DNA of 64,000 nt from Macrostomum lignano (taxonomy: Eukaryota), in the NCBI GenBank assembly GCA_002269645.1, contig NIVC01003191.1, positions 49,173-113,172 on the forward strand, written 5' to 3'. Below, piece after piece: positions 1 through 42,802 of this stretch (its first letter is position 1; each line of letters begins with the position of its first letter). A model generated the notes under the pieces. It was not told the DNA's origin. It saw only the letters and a list, made by a program, of their open reading frames with translations, and did no database searches. The position numbers and the translations under genes are program-made.

Positions 1-1846
<1,846 letters not shown>

Positions 1847-3487
1847 CAGACAGCACTCAGGATGGGACAGTGACAGGGGGCTTTAGCAACGGAAAAAGTA
1901 TTAGCGCAGGGTGCAGTGGACTGCGGCCTTGATTGTGGAGAGACAGAGACGCAGAAGGCTAAGCCGGGGTGGCAGCGCAGCTGGAAAAAGTCTGACTGAA
2001 GCACCTTGGACAAGGCCGTGACAAGAAGCCGGTGGTGGCAGCGGCTACCCATCCGTCTTTCTGGCCGCTCCAGTGGTGCAACGCCCATCATGCCTCTCAT
2101 TCGTTGTGACCCTCTCCAGGCGCGCCCGTCCTTCACTTTATTTCCCTCGGCCGATCAAGTTGCCTCAAAGTGTATATATTCAGTTATATAGTGTGCAGAC
2201 ATATTGGGATATACTTTTTATACTTTATATTATTTCAGCTCCCTTAATGCCACGCTCACAGATGTGGCACTTGTGCATGAACAGTTGGTCTTTAGCTGCA
2301 GGCTCGGTATTGCTAGAGCGAGAGGGCGAATGGAGGGAGTAAGATAAAAAGAGAAACGTGACTGCCCGGCCCCTAGGAAACTGCATGGGAGAGAAGGGTC
2401 TGGGGGGGGGAGAGACATGGTCCAGAATGCTTAATCGCTTCCTGCTGCGATCGGCGGCACATGCCGACGATGCCAAAACCCGGCCGGCAGCGCTGGCCTC
2501 TCGGCAGAGCCATTTCTTCTCCATGCAGTAGCGCCTCCAATGCCTCCAGAGAAGAAGTTGGCTGCAATCGAGGCGCGCTGTTAGCTGGGCTGCCTCAACC
2601 GATGAACCGAGAAACAGGCCGGGGGAGCTGCTATCGCATTGCTGTGCGGAAATGAAACTTCCTGGAATGGGGAAGTTTAATGAATTAATATGAGGGTGAG
2701 AGTCGAAAAAAGCTTCTGGTGAAAGTTTTTCTTCGATTCCTTTAGCAACACTGCCAATGTAGCGAATTCTCAGAAGAAAAGTTTTGAAAATATAGAAATT
2801 TCAGCATTTTCGGCACCTTTTATCGATCACACACGCACCGATCAACATTCACGACATGCTCAAAGAAGTCCTAAAAAATATTTTTTTGGTGTAAATTAGT
2901 ATTATGATTATAGTGAGTTTGCTCGGTCAAATTTTTAGTTTCATTTAAGTATACACACTGTCCGGCTTCATCCGTTGCTACACTCATTTTAGTTGATTTG
3001 GAAAGTTTTGCAATGATTTATTTTCCATTTTTTCAATTTTTTATTTCTTATGTTTTCTAGCATTACATGTAATTTGGCATAAAACGTTTTAACGAGCTAG
3101 TGATATTGAAAATGTCTGATGTTGGAAAGATTAGCGAACGATTAGATAAGCCATAATGAACTTTTAAAACGGTCCTAAAACATCGTGTTTGGCATCAAAA
3201 TAACAACATTACTATATAGAAAATTTCTGTTGTATTTTTAACGTTTGTAATGTGTAGTCATTATAATATTAAATCAAATAATTTTCTAAGTATGTTTTTC
3301 TTAGTCGCAGTATGCTAAAAAAATTATAACTACCAAAGCTACCAAATTTAAACGGATCTTTTTAATTTCTTTGTCAAGCTGTCTATTGGTCTCCGATCTC
3401 ACATCTGGCTCAGTTATAGATTTTAGAAACATTTTAAAATTTGTCATTGTGAGGAATTAGAGTGAAATATGAATATATGATTTCGAT

Positions 3488-32913
<29,426 letters not shown>

Positions 32914-33094
32914 AAATTTACAAAAAAAATTCTGTGTTGCAGTGTGATATTACTAATAGTAATTCGCTGGAGATTTTTGGCGTGAAGTTGACTATTGATA
33001 TTTTGTGTTTTCTTTCACCGCTTATAGCCGATGTTTTTATATTTCACTTTGAAATTAGAAACGTTTAAATCGACCAATTTAATATTTTGCTTGG

Positions 33095-34395
33095 GTCAAT
33101 TTGGGTCAATCAGTCACTTTGGGTCAATCAGTCACTTTGGGTCAATCAGACAATTTGGCTCAATCAGTCACTTTGGGTCAATCAGTCACTTTGGGTCAAC
33201 CAGACAATTTGGGTCAATCAGTCACTTTGGGTCAATCAGTCACTTTGTGTCAGTCAGTCACTTTGGGTCAATCAGAAAATTTAGGTCAATCAGAAAATTT
33301 GGGTCAATCAGTCACTTTGGGTCAATCAGACAATTTGGGTCAATCAGGCACTTTGGGTCAATCAGACATTTTGGGTCAATCAGACAATTTGGGTCAATCA
33401 GACACTTTGGGTCAATCAGACAAGTTAGGTCAATCAGACAATTTGGGTCAATCAGACAAGTTGGGTCAATCAGACAATTTGGGTCAATCAGACACTTTGG
33501 GTCAATCAGACAAGTTGGGTCAATCAGACACTTTGGGTCAATCAGACAATTTGGGTCAATCAGACACTTTGGGTCAATCAGACAAGTTGGGTCAATCAGA
33601 CAATTTGGGTCAATCAGACACTTTGGGTCAATCAGACAAGTTGGGTCAATCAGACACTTTGGGTCAATCAGACAAGTTGGGTCAATCAGACACTTTGGGT
33701 CAATCAGACAAGTTGGGTCAATCAGACACTTTGGGTCAATCAGACAAGTTGGGTCAATCAGACAATTTGGGTCAATCAGACAAGTTGGGTCAATCAGACA
33801 ATTTGGGTCAATCAGACAAGTTGGGTCAATCAGACAAGTTGGGTCAATCAGACAATTTGGGTCAATCAGACAAGTTGGGTCAATCAGACACTTTGGGTCA
33901 ATCAGACAAGTTGGGTCAATCAGACACTTTGGGTCAATCAGACAAGTTGGGTCAATCAGACACTTTGGGTCAATCAGACAAGTTGGGTCAATCAGACAAG
34001 TTGGGTCAATCAGTCACTTTGGGTCAACCAGACAATTTGGGTCAATCAGTCACTTTGGGTCAATCAGTCACTTTGTGTCAGTCAGTCACTTTGGGTCAAT
34101 CAGAAAATTTAGGTCAATCAGAAAATTTGGGTCAATCAGTCACTTTGGGTCAATCAGACAATTTGGGTCAATCAGGCACTTTGGGTCAATCAGACATTTT
34201 GGGTCAATCAGACAATTTGGGTCAATCAGACACTTTGGGTCAATCAGACAATTTGGGTCAATCAGACAAGTTGGGTCAATCAGACACTTTGGGTCAATCA
34301 GACAAGTTGGGTCAATCAGACAATTTGGGTCAATCTTAGAAAATTTAGGTCAATCAGACACTTTGGGTCAATCAGACAATTTGGGTCAATCAGTC
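33095..34395. repeat. 18-bp minisatellite downstream of WDR49
   Basis: Unit TTTGGGTCAATCAGACAC with variants; a block near 33170-33400 recurs near 34010-34240. Confidence 0.96.
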
Positions 34396-35728
34396 AGCAA
34401 GTTTTCAGGCAGCGCGCTTAAGAGTTCACAATGAAATTTCTATTTCTTTATTCGTGTGTGTCTGCTTATTCACTTTGTTATAATGAACTGAAATTCTGTG
34501 TACGTTTACAAAACAGCTTTTCATACCTAACAAAAGTTTGCACACTTTGCACGGAGTTTTGATGCGAATATGTTTTAGCCGCAGTTCGCTTATATATTCT
34601 TCTATCAGAGCTTAGCAATATATAAAATAGATTTCTGAAAAAAGGAAAAAATTTTAATGTAAATTCTGTGTTCTTTTTTTGACTTCAGAATCTGCTTCTG
34701 GAGCGATTTTATTTAGATTTTTCTTAGAAGTTTTTTTAAGAAACTTTTCTGTATCTTCCCAAGCTGCAATTTCGAATTTTTTACTTTTAATGTTTGTTTA
34801 AACTGAATCAGCTTATTTTTTTGTTTTTTTTTAAACTCAATCTAACTGGATTGGAAACTGATAGCTCCAGTGCACTGTCCTAACTGAGACACTTTTGCGC
34901 AATCATCAATGCAAAACTACTGAAATGCAAAAAGCTTATCGTAGTTAAAAATTCTGTGGATGTTCTGTAATACTTGGCCACCAAATATATATTTATTGAC
35001 AGAATTAATATTCCTAATTTTTTAATAGTTAATTCTTTTCTGTAGCAGAGCGAAAACGATTGCATCTAAACATTCAACATTGTCTTTGTTGTGTTTAAAT
35101 AAAGTAGATATAAAGAACAACAAACAAAAACCAATAAAATTTCATAATAAATATTGGATTGCATTGCACAACTGAATTAACCTGGATAAAATGATTCACT
35201 CGTACATGTATTTATTGTCAAGTTCAAGTGATGAAAACGATTTTTGAAAAATGAATAGTAAGCATTCTTAAGTGTATCTGTACTTTAGTTTCAGCAGTTC
35301 CATCGGAGAGTACATGCGTGCAGCTGGGCTTCTGCTAGACGGTAGTTCGGTCTCAGTGGCTATACAGGTAATTCATCAGCTAGAGCAAAAAAGGTAAGAG
35401 GTATATGGGTATGGAATACTAAGGTTAAAACAAATTCAAATGTACAAGTATTTTCCCTCTAAAGAGGGTGACGCCATTTGTCGCGCGAGGTGCTTGTGCC
35501 AAGGAAGAAAATCAGGAGCCTGACGTAAATCACGGATATATACATGCATATATACATGTACATATACTGTAATAAGCAAGCTTAATTAAGAGTGTATAGC
35601 TAAATTTTTACCACTAGAGGAGAATTTTATCTGTATGCTTGTTCGTACACAATTAGTTTTGTTCTAACTATCGATAGTAATAAAGATAGAAACGTTAATA
35701 ATAATGCTCGTTAAAAATGTACTTTAGT

Positions 35729-37374
35729 CTATGCAGTCTCAGCAACTAATCTTTGGGCTTCTGGAGATAGTTGGCCAAACTGAGCACACTTGCAATGATT
35801 TGTTTCTGGCATCGAATTTGAGTCTTGGACAGGTTTATAGCACACGGTGCACCGGTTCTGGTCGTTGCTCTGGATGGAAATCTCTGTATTGTTCGTGGCC
35901 GTGCTGTTAGCATTGGAGGATTGTCTCTTCGAGAAGCAGCATGTGGTTTTGCGTTTATAAAAGAAAACCATAGCAATAATGGCAGCAGCAAACAAAAAAG
36001 TCAGCACAACTACAGAACCAACAACGATTTTTGTTATAGTCCCAGTTTGGTCACAATGGCTTGGCCTATTAGCAGCTCGAACAGCGGGACAAGCTCGGCA
36101 ACTGCCATTTGGATGGTGCAGATCTTCGCTGCAATTTCTACAGCGCATCAGCTCGCGATCTGAGCAGTTCTGAGCCAGCTGCACCTCCATTGCAGAGGTC
36201 GGCGATGGCGTGATAGAATCGGGGCAGAATTTGTTCTGTGTGAGGCATGTCAATAATCGTTTGTTCTTGGATTCTGGGCCGGGACAGCTGACGCAGACGC
36301 AAGCGGAATCCGGGTAATGCGCTGCTGCCGACCTGCAGGTTATTCCAGGGTCGCTGCACAGCAAATCATCGCATTGTACGGGTGGATCGTCTGCGTTGGG
36401 GCAAACATTCAGCTCCCTAGTTAAACAGCTCAATTTCCACTTCTCGTACGCGGAAGTAGCCGGAACTACAGGACACATCGAGCAGGCGCAATCGGAACTC
36501 AGGTATTGCCCAGGTGGACAGCGAGTTTTGATAGTGTCGGAGCACAGTAAACTGTTGCACGATCGGGCCGTTGCTTTAATTTAGAAAAAGTTTCACCGAT
36601 GTGAAATACTCAGAGAGGCAATGCATCTCAGCAACTCCCCTTTAGACCATTGCGCCTATTCCTAACCCAAATTATTCATTTGATTGCTTTTTCTACATAA
36701 TTTTCATTACTAACTGCAAGCTGAAATTTACAACTTCGTCTAAAGCATTTCGTTAATCTTCTGTCAGAAAATAATCTGTACTTTGGCTACTTCTGCAGGA
36801 CTCAGGTAAAAAATGAGAGCTTCAATGTGAATTTGTACACGTTGGCAAGAGAGTGAAGCGAAGAAAGCGTTTCTCATCGTACGCAATTTCTACAGAAATA
36901 GAATGGGGGACAAATGAGACTGTACAAAAGTGTACAAGCAGTTTAGTTCCATGTTCTGTGTTGCTTAGATTAGCCAAAGTTTATTGAATGACAAAGGAAC
37001 CCGCAGCTGTTTAGTCAGTGTGTGACATCGCGTGTATGAAATTATATAATGAGCTTTGACTACGTATAGATAGTATAGACAGCTGGGTAATTTTCTCATT
37101 CAACTGTAAGCCTACTGTAACCGCTGTAAGTACTTTGAATAGGCCTTTTGACAAAAAGCATAGTTGTCTATGGCCAAAAGGTAGAGATTCTTAAACACAT
37201 ATGGTTTGACATACTTAAGGAGAAAAGTTTAGAGGGGGAAGTACCAAGAAGAATGACAACTATATCATGGTAGTTAGAAAAGACAAAAATGTAAATAAAA
37301 AACCAAAACTTACCACTTAAAGCTGATACTCGTAGAATAACAAAGACTGCTACTAATTTGAACAAAGTAAGCAT
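35729..37374 (-). CDS. Type I membrane protein with three Cys-rich modules, TNF-receptor-like, ~301 aa, two exons
   Basis: Signal-peptide exon 37374-37314 (MLTLFKLVAVFVILRVSALS G|gtaagt, phase 1) joins exon 36573-35729 (ttctaaattaaag|CA). The ectodomain has two clearly duplicated modules (C..LLCSD..C..Y.S.C.C..CP..CLT..CP) and a third degenerate one. TM segment IVVGSVVVLTFLFAAAIIAMVFFY; 75-aa tail containing PVQDS. The gene model is solid; the TNFR assignment is inference. Confidence 0.75.
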
Positions 37375-39342
37375 AATCGTAGTGTGCGAAATCGTTTAGC
37401 TTGGCAATTTGTTTTTGCTGTAGCTGAGTAGTCAATTACAGTTTTGTAATAAAAATTATAGGCTCAAAATAAATTTGGATGTCTTTCATAGCGATATAGC
37501 GATAACCTTGCGAGCTGCGCGAGAAAGAAAGAGAAAGAGAAAGAGAGAGAGAGAGAAGAGAAGACAAGAGAAAGACGCGAGTACATGTACGCCCACGCCC
37601 ACGCATCATTGGTCTATTACAATTTAATAGGCCTCAGTCAAGTACTCTCGGTCTTGTGCAAGATATCAGCAATACTCGTAGAAAGCAATAAATGGAGTGA
37701 GAGAGAAACACGGCGAGAAGAGTGAACACATTTTTCCAAATTTAGAATTAAAAAATAAGCAGGAGAGAAAATCGACAGTTGAGATTGTGCATTTACATTA
37801 ACTTAGCTTGGACCAAACTGAAAGCATTGAGCATTGAACGCATGCATTAGTAGCGATACACATTATGAAGGGAGAGATCTATGACGAATGTTGCAATCAA
37901 GCACTGGCACTGTGGACCGCAAGACACTGCCAGCGTACACTTAAACACGCCTCAATAAAACAAAACTCATACGCCTAAAAGTAACCTAATTTACGGGCTA
38001 CAAGTAAATAACATTAACATTAACATTAGCTATTGTGATTTGCTTGTAAATAATAAAAGTTCTAAGAAAAATAGAAATGATGTCAATAAGCCAAGAAAAA
38101 AATTCGACACTGTCACATAACGAAACTCGTTTTTAGTTTGTTGAAAATTTGCAAAAGAATTAAAATTTGTTCGGTTACTTTCAAAGCCGACCAAATTTTT
38201 ATTTGTTAATTGTTAACTGACATATTCTTAGTTTAAGTAAGATGTATGTCATGCCGACAGAGGTGGGTAGCAAAACTAAAGCAGTGCGCGAGTAAGGGGG
38301 TTGAATGGATATTAGAAATGGCGGTTTGTCGTAGCTGGGATTCAAGCCAACACAATTACATGTCTGTCAATGGGAAGCCAAAACTACGTACGTGTGAGTG
38401 CACGCCTTCGTACGTAGAGCAAAGCAACCCCCAAGTGACTAATCAACTAATTAGCGTCATATCAAATTTAAGCCTTTAAATTATGGTTGTTGTTAATGCG
38501 AACAAATGAAAACTTTAACATGTATGTCACCCGTCTGCAAACTGCAGGCTGCAGTTCCGTATTCATGTATACTGAAAAACATTAAAAAGTCGTCACCTTT
38601 GAGAGAACGCAGTAAATTCCAGCTCAGTATTGACTTTTGAGTGACGCAACTTGAGCCACGCGACGCAGTAGTGTTGGGCTGGGTGAGGAGGGATTGGGAG
38701 GAGCGGAGGGCGAAGATTGGATGGATTGAAGCTGCCGCCCAGTTTTCATTGCTTTTTTAAAGCAGTTTTTAATATCAGAAATGGTTGGCCAGGTGATAGA
38801 CGCTGGTTTGAAAGACACTGCTCACTGAAGCAAAGGCCGGGTGGCGACTCTTCAATGTTGCTGAGTACATCACCGGGGCAAAACCTAATTTGTAATCAGC
38901 CTGTACGAGAGCTACTCCTTATGTAAGTATCAAAGCAGTGGCTATCACCTTACTTTCTGTACAAGAGCTTTAAGTACAATTGCCTACAAATTGACATGAT
39001 ATTTCCATTTAGAAATTGTTTTAATCAATGACGAATATGCAAATCGGTCCATCATCATCGATGATAAAATAAAATAAAATATAATAAAATACACAGCAGC
39101 ATCAAGGTCTTTGTTGTGACCGTAGGATGCACTGGTTGTGCAGGAAACTCAATTCGTTCTTCGAAGAGATGGCTAATAATCGTAGCCAGGCAAAGGCTTT
39201 CTATTTGAAACCGAGGGGAGGCTGGTACTACAGCAAGTGGACTTTGACAACGCGGGATTTGGGACATAAAATACAATAGAATGCATAGAACACTTGGGCT
39301 TGAACACACACTAACAGTCTACTCACGAATTATTTCTTAGTA

Positions 39343-39566
39343 CACCTTTTCACGTTCAATTTTGAACAAAGTCCAGTTCTAAAAAAACTAGCGGAAATTC
39401 AATTCAGACAATTCAGACTGGGGCAACAAAACCCAGTTCAAAACATTCTGCTACGGAAGCGAGGTTTAGCCATAGACAAAATTGTCCCCAGTCTGAATTG
39501 TCTGAATTGAATTTCCGCTAGTTTTTTTAGAACTGGACTTTGTTCAAAATTGAACGTGAAAAGGTG
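39343..39566. mobile_element. MITE, 224 bp, 81-bp terminal inverted repeats, TA target-site duplication
   Basis: Arm 39343-39423 is the reverse complement of 39486-39566, with TA on both flanks (Tc1/mariner-type signature). Confidence 0.85.
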
Positions 39567-40185
39567 TAGTAGTGCTTGATCTAGATTCTACGAAACTTTC
39601 TTCTAAATATGCCATTGTGATATTTAATGAAGGCGTTTTATAAGCTTGAAATGTCGCATTGTCGAAGTCTTTTTAGTCACTTTCGCTGGCGCACAGCTTC
39701 AAGAATTCAACGATTTCAATGACCTTTTTATTTACAACAAAGTCCTAAGGTGATTTTATAATTAGCGAATTTTCGTTTAGGGCTTTTAAGCATTTTGTAC
39801 GAAAGCTAATGAGTGTACATGTAGATTGAAGTTAGTTCCCTTTATCAGCCCCGTGAACTAAGATTTTGTTTATCCCACACTTACTGCACTAGTATAAACC
39901 AGATCTTAGTACTGGACTAGTGTTTGGCATATGCTAATAGATCTTCTGGTAGTAATGACTCCGGTGAGCTAACTATCAAAGCAGTAGCTTTAGTATTTCA
40001 TTTAAGTCTAAGAGTCTAATTGGCTGGACGCCGATCGCATGCTAAGTAGCGCGCTTGCGTTTTTCTCGGACTTTGGAAATAAATAAAACAGCACTTCATT
40101 TCCTATGCGACACTGGAGCCGAGGGCCGTAGCATATATTGTTTGACTTTTCCCCGGTTTCTCCATATCTGAACTGGCACTTAAAC

Positions 40186-40962
40186 ATGGCTTTGACCCTT
40201 AAAACTCTGCTGATTTTGTTGTGCACCTCAAGCGGCACCTTGTTGGCGTCAGCAATGGCACCAGCGTCAGCCAGCTACTCCAGCGCAACCATCAACTGCA
40301 ACTCAGCTCGTCAACGATTCCGATCGGCCTCGCTAGATCACATTCTGAGGAGTCTGTGCAATGCGGACATTGCCATGGAGTCGGGAGACATGCCAAAGGC
40401 CAACGAACTGTTGCACAGCGCTAAACAACTAATCGCGCCAGTAAACTGCTTCCACAAGGGCTACCTAGCGGCTGATCAGGTCGTAGTATCGCTACACAGC
40501 AACTTCACCCGCTGCATCGATGAGCACACTATTGACGCCGAGCTTGCTAACGATCGAAAATTTGTGCTTTTCTTGCGTTTGCTGCCGGACGCTAGCCTGC
40601 TGCTCCTAGAAGGAGGCGTAGTCAGAGCGGGCGAGTTCTATAACAAGACCAGACTGGTCTGCGACCTGCACAGTCAGACTAGACAGAAGGCTTGCAGGCA
40701 CAATGTCCGCACATCTTCAAACGATTGTCAACCGTTGCAGGTTTTTCTATCAGCCAGCACCGCGGGCAACTACGTGTACAGGAAGCCGTACTTTCAGTCA
40801 TCAGCCTCTGTAAGAGAAAGCAGCAGTCAGACTGCCTCAGGAACGACCTACAGGGCTGCTGGAAGAAGCGCCGCGCCTCTCGGCTTGCCCCGACCGACAC
40901 TGTGGCTGCAAGCCGCCCTGGTTGCCGTTGTCGGCGCAGTGTGCGGCCTGAAGTCATACTGA
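40186..40962 (+). CDS. Intronless orphan secreted/GPI-anchor-type protein, 258 aa
   Basis: ATG at 40186 gives signal peptide MALTLKTLLILLCTSSGTLLASA, several Cys, an S/T-rich linker and a hydrophobic C-terminus LWLQAALVAVVGAVCGLKSY. No family recognised. Confidence 0.8.
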   Translation: MALTLKTLLILLCTSSGTLLASAMAPASASYSSATINCNSARQRFRSASLDHILRSLCNADIAMESGDMPKANELLHSAKQLIAPVNCFHKGYLAADQVVVSLHSNFTRCIDEHTIDAELANDRKFVLFLRLLPDASLLLLEGGVVRAGEFYNKTRLVCDLHSQTRQKACRHNVRTSSNDCQPLQVFLSASTAGNYVYRKPYFQSSASVRESSSQTASGTTYRAAGRSAAPLGLPRPTLWLQAALVAVVGAVCGLKSY

Positions 40963-42802
40963 GTGGTAAAAACTTTGTTCCTTTAAAATTTTATAGGCTT
41001 TTAAAACAACGTTTTACTGCGGATCGCATTGAAGCTTATAGAACTCATTGATTTTTGTAAAAATCTATCAAAAATTTTAATTTTATTTTGTAGCCCTAAA
41101 TAGTTATTTTTTGTCGATTTCGATGCTACAAATAGCTCACGTGACTTTTTGCTCATTAATTAAATAATTTATTCTTAATTCGGTTGATTAGTCTTTTGAA
41201 CCATCTTAGACTCAACCCTATGTAAATTATCACTTAATTATCAAGGACAACTGGTAGTAAATAAGCCTCGATATTGCAGCTTTTCCTATGTAAATCAACA
41301 TAAAATGCCCAGTACAGACATTCCACGGGCTAATTTATTAAAACGAGAAACGATAAACCAACTTTAGTTAAAGAAAACAAAAATAGTCTATGGTAGCAGG
41401 TAGGGCTTAACCCTCGCACCCCGTTCCCTCAGTCTCAAGTGTGACTTAGACAAGAATGTCTATGGTACAATATAATTACGCCTAATACCCATGCTTTAAA
41501 AGGCCAGATCGATGGAAAATCAGTGCGCGTCGTGATATACTACTTTATACTAACCTTCATTTATTTACTATAATAATTTTTATCCGAGGGTTTACTCCCG
41601 ATTTGCCATACTCTGTGTATGAATAAACAACTATAGACTAGGCCCTTGATACTTCGTACATAGCTAGTTCATAAGCAAGTCTTCTGCTGTAAAATATCCA
41701 CATTAAATTTTCCTAATTAGGCAATAATTACATTTTTACTTATAGCTATTGCTTTAATGCTTAAGCTGTGGCGGCTTCCTTTTGAAATGCGATTCCTGCC
41801 CTTGGTTTCCATGTAATAAGCAGCAATTTCTCAGTAATTATATTCGGCTATAGTTTCTAATCGAGAATGCTGATTATTAATATTCAAAAAAATTTATATG
41901 CTAGAAAATGCAAAAATATGTGCATTACGAAAATATCGCGGCGGTGGAGTTACTTATACAACTATTATACATATTTATGGCTTGTATTTTATGACTACTT
42001 TGTTTAACTGAAGTTCCGTCTCGGCACACTGCTGGATGCTAGCGCCGACTTTGACCAGCAGATATTTGCACTTGACAGCCACTGATATGATCGAAATCTT
42101 ATCAAGCTTAGGGCTAACTTATAATTGTCTAGATAGCGTAGCTTGTGGCTCGATTTGTCTTTGTGAGCACCACCACCACTGCCGCTTCCTTGGAAGCAAA
42201 GCAGGAGCAGGTGCAGCATGGCTTCCACTGAGCCGACAGCCGAACAGTGAAGAGGGCGACTATTTTGTTAATTCTATTGAATGCCCAGCAAAGAGCAGCT
42301 CTCGCTGTGAAGCCAGACTAACTTTGAGCATATCTACTTGAGCACATATACATGTACTTACAGTGCCCAGTCTAACTCAAGTACTGAGGCACTGTAGCAA
42401 CAAGTCAGATAGGGGGATCGATTCAATATCAGTAGCCTTGACCAGTGAGCAAAGTTTTGAATTTGGCGATATACGCTCGTAAGAATGAACTAATAGCCAT
42501 AGCCGTATCGTAGCTATACTCGTATTATGAAAAGAGAGTTTTTCAACTGTCAATCAAGGTCTTCGTTGCCTGCTTTTTATTAACCCGTTGAAGCATTTCA
42601 TTAAACAATCCAATTAACTCGTATTTGTCGAGCAACGTTTACTGACGAGCGTACCCGGACAGCAATCCGACGGATAACGACGTGACGTCGGTTGAACGTA
42701 TGCGCAATTTAAAAGTACATATTTGCCATAGACGTCAATCGTGTAATTTATTTGATTCCGTTTCTATTAGTTCCTCCTGGATAAGCTAATACACTAGCTG
42801 AG

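Noticed and set aside
40138-40185. Upstream start of the 274-aa ORF
   Set aside because: Non-ATG start; the ATG at 40186 begins the signal peptide.
42004-42341. Short ORFs between the GPI-type gene and the nAChR alpha 3' end
   Set aside because: No consistent splice model or recognisable motif; the true terminal nAChR exons were found at 43094-43016 and 42906-42803.
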